This document shows positions 36,184 to 47,105 of a stretch of 64,000 bases of DNA, in pieces (the first letter of the stretch is position 1; the number at the start of each line of letters is the position of its first letter). A program made the translations under genes and the position numbers. The stretch spans positions 374,467-438,466 of the forward strand of contig JBAZSB010000001.1 in assembly GCA_041662625.1 (NCBI GenBank). Reading direction: 5' to 3'. A model generated the notes under the pieces. It saw only the letters and a list, made by a program, of their open reading frames with translations, was not told the origin of the DNA and ran no database searches. The stretch is from Patescibacteria group bacterium. GTDB lineage: Bacteria; Patescibacteriota; Patescibacteriia; Buchananbacterales; UBA6539.

Positions 36184-37217
36184 AATCTTCTCAAACCACT
36201 AGTTGGGCCCAAAATAGACTTATAGGCTTTAAAGTAATCGATTGCTCCTTGGATGCCATCTTCTAATAAAACTATGGGAAACCAAGTCAGTCGCTCCTTG
36301 GCTAAAGTGATATCGGGTAAACCAAGCGGGGTCATAAAGAGTAAAGGTTTTTGGAAAACAACTTTTGATTTAGAACTAGTCATGGCAATGATCTTATTGG
36401 CTACATCAACAATTTTATATTCTAAATCACTCCCTAAATTAATTGGACCACTCTCGCCGCTTTTCATCATTTTGGTTAAGCCCTGAACAATATCAGAAAC
36501 GTAACAAAGCGAGGTGGAAAAACCTTCATCACCAAAAATTACCAGGTCTTCACCCACCAAAGCGCTGGAGACAAAATCAGGTATCATCTGCCCAATATTA
36601 AGTTTCATCCGCGGTCCGTAGGTCCGAAAAATTCGGACAATCTTAGTATCTAAGTTATAAACTTGGCCGTAAGTGTTAGTTAAAGTCTCAGCAAATCTTT
36701 TGCCTTCATCATAACAAGCCCTGGGGCTAATTTGATCAACTACGCCGGAATAACTTTCTTTAAAATAAGGACTTTGCGGATCACGCGAACCATAGACTAC
36801 CGAAGAAGAGGCAAACAAAAATTTAGCTTTATATTTTACGGCTAAATCTAAAATGTTTCTGGTGCCAACTGAATTAGCTAAGACAGTTTCAATTCTGGTC
36901 TTTTCAAAGTCCTTGGGTGAAGTCGGACAAGCCAAATGATAAATTTCTTGAATCCCCTGGAATTTAATTCTGAATTCTTCCAGCTCGGGCAAACTCTCTA
37001 GGTCAATTGGTTGGTTGATGTCATGTTTAATAAAACGAAAATTGGGGTTTTGGAGCAAATGATCGATATTGGCTTCATCGCCTGAAATAAAATTATCAAT
37101 ACAGATAATTTTATTTTTTTCAATCAAATCATCACAAAGATAGGAACCGATAAATCCGGCCCCACCGGTGATTAAGACATTTTTCTTCTCAAAAATTGCT
37201 TTGGTATTTATAGGCAT
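36180..37217 (-). CDS. NAD-dependent epimerase/dehydratase (UDP-glucuronate decarboxylase-like)
   Basis: TGGAGFIGSYLCDDL Rossmann, SDR-extended. Confidence 0.8.
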   Translation of the reverse strand: MPINTKAIFEKKNVLITGGAGFIGSYLCDDLIEKNKIICIDNFISGDEANIDHLLQNPNFRFIKHDINQPIDLESLPELEEFRIKFQGIQEIYHLACPTSPKDFEKTRIETVLANSVGTRNILDLAVKYKAKFLFASSSVVYGSRDPQSPYFKESYSGVVDQISPRACYDEGKRFAETLTNTYGQVYNLDTKIVRIFRTYGPRMKLNIGQMIPDFVSSALVGEDLVIFGDEGFSTSLCYVSDIVQGLTKMMKSGESGPINLGSDLEYKIVDVANKIIAMTSSKSKVVFQKPLLFMTPLGLPDITLAKERLTWFPIVLLEDGIQGAIDYFKAYKSILGPTSGLRRL

Positions 37218-37327
37218 ATATTTATTCCGGAACTTATAGCTACAGCCGGTAACGTTTTTTAAGATTTGCTAGGTTACAGACTAATTATATTATAGCTCAA
37301 AAATATCCTCTAAGCAAACCACCTAAA

Positions 37328-37927
37328 TCACTTAAATTTGGCTAATTTCTTAAAAAAATTAAGGGTATACAGGTAATCACTGCGGTATTGCCTTTTAATT
37401 TCGGGAAACTTAATGGCTTGCCATTTTCTTTTAACTTTACCGTCAGTCAAAAACCATTTAACAATCGTGGTTAAATCATAACCCCGAATTGACATCGGGG
37501 TGATTATCCGATAAACACCCATTGGCCCCAAAGTATCAACCTTATCAAATGCTTTCATAATATCCCCTTCTAAACCACCAGCTTGCTTTTTACCGCTACG
37601 ATGAGTAGAGATTATCCCACAAACTACCTTAATTTTTTCCTTAGGAAAATTGATACTTTCCAAAACCGACTTGGCGATTTTGGCCGATTGCAAATTATGG
37701 CCATTGATAGGACTTTTATTAAAAGCAGCCAAATCATGCAGTAAACAACTGGCCACTAAAATTTCTAGATCAGCCCCTTTTTTCTTACCAAACTTTTCAG
37801 CGTTTTTCCAAACCCGCCAGTGATGTGACGGACCATGACAAGGCAAAAATTTATTGCTTTTCTGCCAAAGTTGATTAATTTTTTGACTAATCTTCTTTTC
37901 CCAATACTTATAATCTTTCGTCTTCAT
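37328..37927 (-). CDS. HD-domain phosphohydrolase
   Basis: H...HD motif (CLLHDLAAF). Confidence 0.6.
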   Translation of the reverse strand: MKTKDYKYWEKKISQKINQLWQKSNKFLPCHGPSHHWRVWKNAEKFGKKKGADLEILVASCLLHDLAAFNKSPINGHNLQSAKIAKSVLESINFPKEKIKVVCGIISTHRSGKKQAGGLEGDIMKAFDKVDTLGPMGVYRIITPMSIRGYDLTTIVKWFLTDGKVKRKWQAIKFPEIKRQYRSDYLYTLNFFKKLAKFK

Positions 37928-38352
37928 AAAACAGAATGATGATGTTTAAAAGTCCAAAAACGATTGAAGCCAAAATTCCAAAAGGTCACGGTGCCAGTGG
38001 CAAAAACCCAGGATAACCGATAGTCAATCCCCTGCCAATCGGTTAAAACATAGATAATAAGGGTGTTAATAACTAACCCCAAAAACACGACCACAAAAAA
38101 TTTTACCATCTGAGTTATAGCTTGTTTACCCCGCTCTTGATTGGCAAATGTCCAAAACTTGTTAGCTAAAAAATTGAAGACAGCTGAGATTATAAAAGAA
38201 CAAACGGATGAATAGATATACCACATCTTCAAGTATTCAGTAAAAGAATAATAAATGGAAAAACTGATTAATGCCGCCGTCCCCCCAACCAGACAAAATT
38301 TACAAAACTGCTTCAAAAATGGATAGCGATTTAAAAAACTAATAAAATCCAT
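37924..38352 (-). CDS. GtrA-family membrane protein
   Basis: 142 aa, 4 TM. GtrA-like FxxVGxxxxxI pattern. Confidence 0.7.
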   Translation of the reverse strand: MDFISFLNRYPFLKQFCKFCLVGGTAALISFSIYYSFTEYLKMWYIYSSVCSFIISAVFNFLANKFWTFANQERGKQAITQMVKFFVVVFLGLVINTLIIYVLTDWQGIDYRLSWVFATGTVTFWNFGFNRFWTFKHHHSVL

Positions 38353-38354
38353 AG

Positions 38355-40598
38355 CTAATACCTTATTAATGCGGGTCGCACTCCCCCTTGATAATTTCCC
38401 CCATTGGCTAAAATTTCTAACCGCATTTTACCATGGAGATCAAAAACTTTTATTTTGGCCGCCCCGCCAATACCGGTGCCGGTAATAATTTCATCTACTC
38501 CGTCGTTTTCTAGATCACCACTGGCGACATAAACACCCTTCAAATAATTAGGTTCGTAAGCAAAAAAATCACCCAGAATCGTGCCCCGATAATCAAAAAC
38601 TCGAACCGTTGGCACTGAATCTTTTTCCACGCTGACAATAATCTCCTCTTGACCATCACCATGAAGGTTACCACAAGCAACATTAATACCACCCTTATAA
38701 TTTTTATTGTAGGCAAAAAATTGGGAAACCACCTGGCCGTCAATATTGAAAACCCGGACATGGGGGCCACCGCCAGCGCCAGCACCAGTAATAATTTCAA
38801 TTTTACCATCCTTGTTAATGTCGCCAGCGGCCACCTTAACTCCGCCTAAAAAACTTTCTTGATAGGCTAAAAATTTGACTAAAAGATTACCCTGATAATC
38901 AAATATTCTAACTTCCGGGGCTAAACCTCTACCTGGACCAGTAATGATTTCGGCTTTATTGTCATTATTAATATCTTTTGCAAGAACGTTAACTCCACCT
39001 CGGGAATTTTTATCATAGGCAAAAAATTGGGAAACCACCTGGCCTTCAATATTGAAAACCCGGACATGGGGGCCACCGCCAGCGCCAGCACCAGTAATAA
39101 TTTCATCTTTACCATCACTATTAACATCAGCAGCAGCAACGTTAATTGGCCCGTTGAAATGAGGACTATAAGCGTAAAATGATTTAAAAATTGAACCATC
39201 AGCTTCTAAAATCTTAACCTGGGGAAAAGAACCAAAACCCAGACCGGCAATAATATAACTGGCATTGCCAACTTTAGTGGGGGAAATTTTTGGATTTATT
39301 GCCGCCTCTAAAGCCTGGGCCGGATCAAGCAAGCCAGAACCTAATTTATTCTCATACCCGGGGTTATAGCTGGAGATATCATCAGTATTACCCAAAACAA
39401 AATCTCGGATTATCCCGGCATTATAAGCGGGTCTTAAAGCCTTAATAGAAGCCAAGGTTCCACTGACTAACGGCGCTGATAAAGAAGTACCAGACCAATA
39501 GCCATCATAGTATTTATTGAAATCAGCAAGATCGGACTGGTAAAATTGGGTTGAATAAAAATTTTCTCCCGGCGCCACAATATCAATACAGCCGCCATAA
39601 CTAGAAAAACTTGATTTAGTCAGACTTGGGCTGACTGAAGCAACACCGATAACCATATTTTCACCGTTCAAACCGTCATAACAAACCGGGTACGATTTAA
39701 CCAAATCTAAATCAATACCATTAACTGTCGGGTCGGTATTGCCAGCGGCCGCAACGATTAAAACACCACGATTATAAGCATTTTGAATAGCATCAAAGAG
39801 ACTTTGACTGAAACCCGTACCAACAAAGCTCATATTTATCACATCAGCGCCATTGGCAACTGCATAATCAATCGCTTTAACGACCGAATAAACGTCACCG
39901 GATCCAGTGCTATCTAAAACCCTTAGCGGCATAATTTGACTAAACCAACTGATGCCGGCAATTCCTTCCTGATTATTAGTGGTTGCCGCCGCGATCCCAG
40001 CCACAATTGTTCCATGTTTAACTGCATCAGCGATATAATCACCACTCAAAGAAGGGCTTGGATCGGCGTCATTATTAACAAAATCCCAACCATGGAGATC
40101 ACCAATATAACCATTTTTGTCATTATCCATATTGGCTGCCTCATCTTTATTAACCCAAATCTTATCTTTTAGATCAGGATGCATTAAATCAACACCAGTA
40201 TCTAAAATGGCAATAACTGAACGACGAGTGATATTTTCTTGTTCTCTAATTACTAATTCTTTTGACCAAGCGGTTTGTGCATCGACTGTTTTTAAATATA
40301 GCTGCAAAGGATAATTAGGATCATTGGGAAAAGCCGTGGTCTGAAAAGTATAGTTTGGTTCTAAATATTCAATTGCTGATTCATTTTGATATTTTTCAAT
40401 CGCCGCGATCGGATCAACTTCACTAGTAAATTGAAATTTATAAATTTGGGGGTTATTCTTAAACTTAACCAAAAATTCACCAGCTTTATAGTTAGCTGGC
40501 GTATTAGCAAAAACTGGCAAAGAAAAAAATGATCCTGGGTTTAAAAGTGCCAAAACTAAAAAAGAAAAAATATGGATTTTAATTTTTTTGATCTTCAT
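38355..40598 (-). CDS. secreted subtilisin-like S8 protease with C-terminal FG-GAP repeats (x5)
   Basis: D (DTGVDLMHPDL), H (HGTIVAGIAAA) and S (GTSLSAPLVSG) triad. Repeated ...DGKxEIITGAGAGGGPHVRVF... units. Confidence 0.75.
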   Translation of the reverse strand: MKIKKIKIHIFSFLVLALLNPGSFFSLPVFANTPANYKAGEFLVKFKNNPQIYKFQFTSEVDPIAAIEKYQNESAIEYLEPNYTFQTTAFPNDPNYPLQLYLKTVDAQTAWSKELVIREQENITRRSVIAILDTGVDLMHPDLKDKIWVNKDEAANMDNDKNGYIGDLHGWDFVNNDADPSPSLSGDYIADAVKHGTIVAGIAAATTNNQEGIAGISWFSQIMPLRVLDSTGSGDVYSVVKAIDYAVANGADVINMSFVGTGFSQSLFDAIQNAYNRGVLIVAAAGNTDPTVNGIDLDLVKSYPVCYDGLNGENMVIGVASVSPSLTKSSFSSYGGCIDIVAPGENFYSTQFYQSDLADFNKYYDGYWSGTSLSAPLVSGTLASIKALRPAYNAGIIRDFVLGNTDDISSYNPGYENKLGSGLLDPAQALEAAINPKISPTKVGNASYIIAGLGFGSFPQVKILEADGSIFKSFYAYSPHFNGPINVAAADVNSDGKDEIITGAGAGGGPHVRVFNIEGQVVSQFFAYDKNSRGGVNVLAKDINNDNKAEIITGPGRGLAPEVRIFDYQGNLLVKFLAYQESFLGGVKVAAGDINKDGKIEIITGAGAGGGPHVRVFNIDGQVVSQFFAYNKNYKGGINVACGNLHGDGQEEIIVSVEKDSVPTVRVFDYRGTILGDFFAYEPNYLKGVYVASGDLENDGVDEIITGTGIGGAAKIKVFDLHGKMRLEILANGGNYQGGVRPALIRY

Positions 40599-43078
40599 TA
40601 TTTGGTTTGTTCTAATAATTCCCCGGCTTCCAGCAGCTGCAAAAATTGTTCGGCTTCTTTAGAAAAAGCCGGATCTAATTCTACTGCTTTTTGGGTTGCC
40701 TCTTTCGCTTTTTGGTTCTCACCGATTTTAGCGTAAATCGCCGCTAATCTAGCATATTCGGCTGCCGTCGGCTGTAATTCAACAACCTTATTTTGAAATT
40801 CGATCATTTTGGGATAAAAATTATTTCGGCCATACAACTCAACCAGTCTTTGGTAATCAGCAACAGTTGGCTGCCATTTCAGTTCATCAAGCATCAGTTT
40901 AAATTGATTATCGGCTGATTCATAGTTTTTCGAAACTATATAAATCGATAATAATGACAAATTATCCTCCAATACCAAGGGCGCTAATTTCAAACCTTTT
41001 TTGAAATATTCGTCGGCGAGATCAAACTTCCCTAAATAAAGATAGGCTTGGCCGGCTTCATAATAAGCCTGGGGCCGAGTCGGGCTAAGTTTAGTTCCGG
41101 TTTCCATTAATTCAAGGACTTTTTGAGGATTAGTTGTATTAAATTTTGTGGTGGCATTATAGAATGTGGCTAAATACAAATAATGGCGGACGTTGAGTGG
41201 CTCTTCTTTGACACTTTTATTTAGCTCGTCACTGGCATAATTGATCATAGTCTGCGCTTTGGCTAAGGAAGCGTCTTTACTTTTAGCAAAATTATTAACA
41301 TAATCAGCCAACTGCTGGCGAGCTTCAAATTTACCTACAACCGCTTCATTAATCGACTTTTTAATAAGCTCAAAAGCAGCATCGCTGAACTGGCCGGTGA
41401 TCGCTTTAGAGACTAAGCCCTGATAAAGATAACCATTAGCCCGTAAAGTCCTGATGTTAATACCCAAGACACCAAACAATAAAGCAATGATTATAATGAC
41501 CAGATAAATATAATTAGGATCCTTGACTTGGCCTTCGGCTGGCTTTTCGCTTTCTTGATTTCTTATTGAAGATAAATAAACTACAAAAGCCAAAAGGAGA
41601 TAGAAAGGAATCTCCGTATTTAAGGTATCAAAAACAAAAAAATTCTGAATAAAATAGGCAATAATTAAAGCAATAAGTAAAAAGCTGGAACTGAATACTT
41701 TACTTTTTTGATAATCTTTAAATAACGACCAAGAGGCAAAGAATAAAATGCTTAGATAAACAATCAGACCGATGATACCAGTTGTTACCCCCACATCAAA
41801 AATTATATTATGTGCCCGGTCAAACCAAATTTGTGAACCAGCGTCTTTGTAGATAGGAACGGGAAAATTTTTGTTAAAGGCATAATAATAATTCTCCGGA
41901 CCAAAACCTACAAGAAATGACTTGGGACTTTCCGTCCAACCTTTCCAACTGGCCTGCCAAGTCAATAACCGTGACTGAGTGGTAATATTTGTCATTGAAA
42001 TATTAGCCAAACGTTTCAATGTACCAATATTCTGAACAAAAGGCGTATCCTTGGCAAAAAATAAGGCCAAAGGGGAAACTAGAATCAAAAGCAGAAGAAT
42101 TAAACTAAAAAGTCTAATTTTTTTATCAATTTTTTTCAAAAATAAAGTAGCAAAAGCTAAAAAAGCTATCCCGGCAACAAAACCAACAACGGCTCCTCTA
42201 GTTTGGGTATTAAAAAAGATAATAAATTCAAAAAGAAAAATAATAGCTAATAAGACAGTAATACATTTTTTAGAACGGAAAAACCAGACTGCCAAAATTA
42301 AAATTTGCAGGAATAAAAATGCATAGAAAAAAGACGGATATTTGAACGCTTCAATCAAAACCGGCGCCTTCAAAAAATTAAGACCCTGCCAGTCAAATGT
42401 CGGAAAAATTTTATAGAGCAACGAAGATATAATTAGGTAGCCGTCAAAAAAGAAAAAGCTGTAAGAAAACACCTTTAAATTAAACCTACCGGGTTTAGCA
42501 ATAAAATATAAAATAAAGAAAAGATTAAATATCAAATAAGCGGCAAAAAATGTTGGATTGCCAACTGTCCCGGTTAACCGAACACCACCAGACGACCTTA
42601 ATAAAAATGGCACGCCTAACCACTGAGCTAGACCTAAAATGCACATAAAAGAACTAACAACAACCGAAAAGGTTAAAAATGAATGCCAATCTTTCTTTTC
42701 TTTAAAGACACCAACCAGAACTAAAAAATACATCACTAAATGCCCCAGATGAAAAAGTCCACTCATTCTTTCATAATTGCCCCAAAAACTGCTATAGATC
42801 CCGATGCCAGCAAAAGTGGCGAGGGTCGAAACACCAAAAAACAACAAAACCGACCAAACAATTTTGTTAAATGATGGCCGGAATTCTGGTTTGAGATGAG
42901 CCAAAATTAAATAAGCGGCAAAGATAACTTCGGTGGCAATTCGGAAAAAAATATTCTTCGGTACAATAAAAGGAAAGAAAAAAGTGTTCTGCATTACTAT
43001 CGGCAGAAATAAAATAAAAAAGACGCCGATTTTGATAAATTTTAACAAAATATAAGATAGCCTCTCGCGGTCTAACAT
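40598..43078 (-). CDS. O-antigen ligase/polymerase-like membrane domain fused to C-terminal TPR repeats
   Basis: 826 aa with about 12 TM N-terminal half. C-terminal TPR-like repeats (AxxYxxxG). Confidence 0.6.
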   Translation of the reverse strand: MLDRERLSYILLKFIKIGVFFILFLPIVMQNTFFFPFIVPKNIFFRIATEVIFAAYLILAHLKPEFRPSFNKIVWSVLLFFGVSTLATFAGIGIYSSFWGNYERMSGLFHLGHLVMYFLVLVGVFKEKKDWHSFLTFSVVVSSFMCILGLAQWLGVPFLLRSSGGVRLTGTVGNPTFFAAYLIFNLFFILYFIAKPGRFNLKVFSYSFFFFDGYLIISSLLYKIFPTFDWQGLNFLKAPVLIEAFKYPSFFYAFLFLQILILAVWFFRSKKCITVLLAIIFLFEFIIFFNTQTRGAVVGFVAGIAFLAFATLFLKKIDKKIRLFSLILLLLILVSPLALFFAKDTPFVQNIGTLKRLANISMTNITTQSRLLTWQASWKGWTESPKSFLVGFGPENYYYAFNKNFPVPIYKDAGSQIWFDRAHNIIFDVGVTTGIIGLIVYLSILFFASWSLFKDYQKSKVFSSSFLLIALIIAYFIQNFFVFDTLNTEIPFYLLLAFVVYLSSIRNQESEKPAEGQVKDPNYIYLVIIIIALLFGVLGINIRTLRANGYLYQGLVSKAITGQFSDAAFELIKKSINEAVVGKFEARQQLADYVNNFAKSKDASLAKAQTMINYASDELNKSVKEEPLNVRHYLYLATFYNATTKFNTTNPQKVLELMETGTKLSPTRPQAYYEAGQAYLYLGKFDLADEYFKKGLKLAPLVLEDNLSLLSIYIVSKNYESADNQFKLMLDELKWQPTVADYQRLVELYGRNNFYPKMIEFQNKVVELQPTAAEYARLAAIYAKIGENQKAKEATQKAVELDPAFSKEAEQFLQLLEAGELLEQTK

Positions 43079-43144
43079 AAATAATTTTTATTAATAATGG
43101 ATTAATTTTAACAAAATTCCAAAAATTTGGCAAATCTGAACCAA

Positions 43145-43173
43145 TTGACTAAACTCGCCAGATATCGTATAAT
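43145..43173 (+). promoter_or_regulatory. sigma70 promoter TTGACT-N17-TATAAT for the plus-strand glycan operon
   Basis: ttgact at 43145-43150, tataat at 43168-43173, 24 nt upstream of ORF start 43197. Confidence 0.55.
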
Positions 43174-43196
43174 CTAGCTATCATTAAAACTAATTA

Positions 43197-44597
43197 TTGT
43201 CACTTGTGGCCAAAAATTCAGTGCTTGGTGCTAAAAAGTACTTCTTGATTTTAGGGGATATATTTATCCTTTATTTTTCTCTTTGGTTAACTCTCATAAT
43301 TAGATATGGGGACAAATATGACAATGAACTTTGGCTCAGGCATCTTTGGCCGTTCACTCTTGTCTTTCTAGTCTGGTTAGTAATTTTTTATATTGATGAT
43401 TTATATGAACTGAACCTCCGCCAAGGGCGAGCTAATATTTTAAGCCGGATAATCAGAGATATCTTAATTGGTGGCATCCTAGCTATTATCTTCTTCTATT
43501 TAGGCGAAAATCGCCTCTTTGCCATCAAACCGCAAACAGTACTCTTAATTAATGGCGGTATTGCTGTTATTTCAATTTATCTTTGGCATATTGCTTTCGA
43601 CTCTTTCATTAAATTATCAAAGACTAATAGTTTAGTGATTATCGGCTTTAATCCACTAATTCAAGAAGTTATTGAGGAAATTAAAAAACGACCGCAACTT
43701 GGCTTCCAGCTCAAACATATAATTATCGAGGATAATAATATAAATATTCCTGACAACTTAAAAAGTGTCACTATCTATGACCACTTCGAAAATTTAAAAA
43801 ATATCTGCCTCAACAATAAAATTAATACCATCGTTTCTAACATTCATCCGAGAGACAACAATAGTTTGTCAAAAAGCTTATTTGATTGTTTGCCCCTACA
43901 AATAAACTTTTTCGATATTGCTAATTTTTACGAAAAAATCACTGGCAAAATTCCTGTAACAACGATCGAACAAATTTGGTTTCTGGAAAATTTAGAGGAA
44001 AGCAACAAAAAATTCTACGAAAGAACAAAAAGGGTTTTTGATCTTATTTTGTCGTTTATCCTTTTTACTTTATCACTCCCCTTCATTCCGCTGATTGCTT
44101 TGATTATAAAATTAAGTAGTAAGGGAAAAGTATTTTTTACCCAAATCAGAGTTGGAAAAAATGGCCAAACTTTCAAGGTGATTAAATTTCGAACAATGTT
44201 TGAAAATGCCGAAACTAACGGCCCCCAATGGGCCACAACAAATGATTCCCGCATAACTAAAGTTGGCAGATTACTCCGCAAAACCAGAATTGATGAAATC
44301 CCTCAGCTGCTAAACATAATTAAAAATGAAATGAGTATAATCGGTCCCCGCCCCGAAAGGCCGGAATTTATTGAACAATTGCAAAATCAAATCCCCTTTT
44401 ATAAAGAAAGGCTTTTAATCAAACCGGGTTTAACTGGTTGGGCTCAGGTAGCCGGACCGTCCTATGGCGGCTCCAAAGAGGAAAGCCTGGAAAAACTCCA
44501 GTATGATCTATTTTATATCAAAAATCGCTCCCTGACTTTAGATTTAAGTATTCTCCTTAAAACCATCAGGATTGTTTTGAGTCGACAAGGACAATAA
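43197..44597 (+). CDS. polyprenyl-phosphate glycosyl-1-phosphate transferase (WbaP/bacterial sugar transferase)
   Basis: C-terminal sugar-transferase domain (RVFDLILS...KFRTM...GPRPERPEF). The start codon is uncertain: TTG at 43197 and no ATG nearby. Confidence 0.8.
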   Translation: MSLVAKNSVLGAKKYFLILGDIFILYFSLWLTLIIRYGDKYDNELWLRHLWPFTLVFLVWLVIFYIDDLYELNLRQGRANILSRIIRDILIGGILAIIFFYLGENRLFAIKPQTVLLINGGIAVISIYLWHIAFDSFIKLSKTNSLVIIGFNPLIQEVIEEIKKRPQLGFQLKHIIIEDNNINIPDNLKSVTIYDHFENLKNICLNNKINTIVSNIHPRDNNSLSKSLFDCLPLQINFFDIANFYEKITGKIPVTTIEQIWFLENLEESNKKFYERTKRVFDLILSFILFTLSLPFIPLIALIIKLSSKGKVFFTQIRVGKNGQTFKVIKFRTMFENAETNGPQWATTNDSRITKVGRLLRKTRIDEIPQLLNIIKNEMSIIGPRPERPEFIEQLQNQIPFYKERLLIKPGLTGWAQVAGPSYGGSKEESLEKLQYDLFYIKNRSLTLDLSILLKTIRIVLSRQGQ

Positions 44598-44601
44598 ATC
44601 C

Positions 44602-46446
44602 ATGTGTGGCATTGCTGGCTATTTAAAATTTAATAATTCTACCGATTTTGACCAGGAACACCTGGCTAAAATGTTAAAAACTATTGAATACCGGGGACCC
44701 AATGACCAAGGTATTTTTATTGACAAAAAAATTGGCCTGGGCCACCGCCGGTTAAGTATTCTTGATTTGAGCTCAGCCGGGCATCAGCCGATGTTTGATT
44801 CGGAAAAATCATTAGCAATTATCTATAACGGCGAAGTATTTAATTATCTTGAAATCAGAGAAGAATTAAAAAACAAGGGCTATAAATTCCAAACAGAGAC
44901 CGATACAGAAGTAATCATCTATTCCTACAAGGAATGGGGTCAAGACTGCGTTAAAAGATTCAACGGCATGTGGTCTTTCGTTATTTGGGATAAACAAAAA
45001 GAAGAATTATTTGCTAGCCGGGATCGCTTTGGCATCAAGCCATTCTTTTACCAAAAAACAGACGACTACTTTATTTTTGGATCGGAGATTAAAACTATCC
45101 TTGCCGTCTCACCATTACCAAAAAAAATTAACTACAAGCAGCTGTATAACTTTATTGATAGAAATATGTCCTATGGCTGTTCCGAAACGATATTTGAAAA
45201 TATCAATGAACTCCCACCCGGCCACAGCCTGAAAATAACGGGAAATAAAATGACATTTGATCAATATTGGCAGCTTGATTTGGAAAAAATAAAAACCAAA
45301 TACGATTATACCAAGCCGGAAAAAACTTTTCGTGAATTGCTGATTGACGCTGTTAAATTAAGATTAAGAAGTGATGTACCGGTTGGTGTCTGCTTGTCTG
45401 GTGGAATTGACTCAACAGTAATAACTGGAATCATTACTAAAATTTTAGGCCAAAAAATTGATACATTTTCTTCGGTCTACGACCAACCAGATTATAACGA
45501 AAAAAAGTTTATTGAAATTGCCAATAATTATTATGGCACTACCGCTCATTATCTCAAACCTGATCCGAATAAATTATTTGAGATAACGGAAAAAATAGTC
45601 AAACATCATGACTTACCGGTCAGGATGCCCAGCACTTTTTCCCATTGGCATGTGATGGAATGTGCCGCCCAAAAAGTCATTGTCACTTTAGATGGCCAGG
45701 GAGCCGACGAAATTTTAGGCGGCTATCCTGCCTATTACCCTTTTTATCTGGCTGATTTACTAAGGGGGTTAAAATTAAAAAAATTTGTTCAAACCAGAAA
45801 AGAAATAAAACATTACCTCAACCAAAGCTACGATAAAGAGGTAATTAAAATTTTAACGCCAAAATTTATCCTTAAAATCAAACGGCTATTCAAACCGCAG
45901 CGCCGCTGGCAGGACCAAATTCTAAGCGGAGAAATGCTAAAATTTAAAAGCGGACCAAATAAAATACCTAAATTTTTTTCCGGCTACCTGAATCAAGCTC
46001 TTTTTGAAGCATTCAGCACCACCAATCTGCCGGTTTTGCTTAGTAACGAAGACCGGATTAGCATGGCTTTCTCTCTGGAAGCCAGAGTCCCCTTTCTTGA
46101 TTACCGCTTAGTAGAATTTTGCTTCGGTCTGCCAATTAAATACAAAATTGATGGCTATAGAAATAAAGTAATCTTAAGGGAAGCATTCAAAGATATTTTG
46201 CCGCCAGAAATTTACGATCGAAAGGATAAAAAGGGTTTTCCGACACCAAATGATCACTGGTTTAAAAATGAACTAAAAAATAAGCTGCAAGAGTTATTCT
46301 ATTCACCAAATTTCAACCAAAACGGCTTACTGGATACCAAAAAAGTCCAAAATATTTTCCAGCAACACTTAAGCGGGAAAAACCATGGCCGATTACTTTG
46401 GCGAATACTGACACTGGAAATTTGGCTAAAAAAGTACTTTACTTAA
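44602..46446 (+). CDS. asnB: asparagine synthase (glutamine-hydrolysing)
   Basis: MCGIAG Ntn glutaminase. PP-loop SGGIDSTV. Confidence 0.8.
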   Translation: MCGIAGYLKFNNSTDFDQEHLAKMLKTIEYRGPNDQGIFIDKKIGLGHRRLSILDLSSAGHQPMFDSEKSLAIIYNGEVFNYLEIREELKNKGYKFQTETDTEVIIYSYKEWGQDCVKRFNGMWSFVIWDKQKEELFASRDRFGIKPFFYQKTDDYFIFGSEIKTILAVSPLPKKINYKQLYNFIDRNMSYGCSETIFENINELPPGHSLKITGNKMTFDQYWQLDLEKIKTKYDYTKPEKTFRELLIDAVKLRLRSDVPVGVCLSGGIDSTVITGIITKILGQKIDTFSSVYDQPDYNEKKFIEIANNYYGTTAHYLKPDPNKLFEITEKIVKHHDLPVRMPSTFSHWHVMECAAQKVIVTLDGQGADEILGGYPAYYPFYLADLLRGLKLKKFVQTRKEIKHYLNQSYDKEVIKILTPKFILKIKRLFKPQRRWQDQILSGEMLKFKSGPNKIPKFFSGYLNQALFEAFSTTNLPVLLSNEDRISMAFSLEARVPFLDYRLVEFCFGLPIKYKIDGYRNKVILREAFKDILPPEIYDRKDKKGFPTPNDHWFKNELKNKLQELFYSPNFNQNGLLDTKKVQNIFQQHLSGKNHGRLLWRILTLEIWLKKYFT

Positions 46447-46453
46447 GCTTAAT

Positions 46454-47098
46454 ATGAAAAAATTAATAAATAAGCTATTTAATCGTAGTGGTATCTTCCA
46501 CCCCACAAAAAATCATTCTCATTATCTAGAAAAATTTTCTAAGATTAAAGATAAAAAGATAATTAATATTGGTTCAGGGGGTTATGATCCTATACCTGGT
46601 GCTATTAATATTGATCCCTATCGCCAGGGTCCTAATACTATTAAAGCTTTTGGTGAAAACCTACCTCTAGAAGACAATTCAATTGATTTAGCAATTTGCA
46701 TGGCTGTTTTAGAACATACAAAATCACCGGAATTAATAATTAAAGAAATATATCGAGTTTTAAAAGTAAATGGACAAATTTATATTGAAATCCCTTTTAT
46801 TCAACCATATCATGCTGCGCCAGAAGATTTTATAAGATTTACCCTGCCGGGAATAGAAAAACTGTGTCAACAATTCAAAAAAATTGATTCGGGCATTGTT
46901 AATGGACCTGGATCAGGTGTTGCCTGGATATTAGTTGAATATGGCCAGCTATTCTTCAAAAATAGACTACTTAAAAAAATATCAAAGAATATAATTAAAA
47001 TTATAGTTTCTCCATTAAAATATATAGATAATTGGCTCATAAAAAAAGAAGACAGTATAAATTTAGCTGGCGGTTTTTACTTCTATGGAAAAAAATAA
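46454..47098 (+). CDS. class I SAM-dependent methyltransferase
   Basis: Methyltransf_11-like motifs (INIGSGG). Confidence 0.6.
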   Translation: MKKLINKLFNRSGIFHPTKNHSHYLEKFSKIKDKKIINIGSGGYDPIPGAINIDPYRQGPNTIKAFGENLPLEDNSIDLAICMAVLEHTKSPELIIKEIYRVLKVNGQIYIEIPFIQPYHAAPEDFIRFTLPGIEKLCQQFKKIDSGIVNGPGSGVAWILVEYGQLFFKNRLLKKISKNIIKIIVSPLKYIDNWLIKKEDSINLAGGFYFYGKK

Positions 47099-47105
47099 TA
47101 ACTGA

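Noticed and set aside
37218-37327. Possible tRNA/ncRNA in ORF-free gaps (37218-37327, 43079-43196, 28898-29081)
   Set aside because: No cloverleaf-compatible GC-rich 70-90-nt segment and no conserved T-loop (GTTCRA) found by eye. These gaps are better explained as promoter regions.
47032-47105. ORF-track start of the GT4 gene overlapping the methyltransferase gene by 67 nt
   Set aside because: The track uses a far-upstream alternative start. The in-frame GTG at 47106 gives a typical GT4 N-terminus (VKIFIFTKDF) just after the upstream stop.
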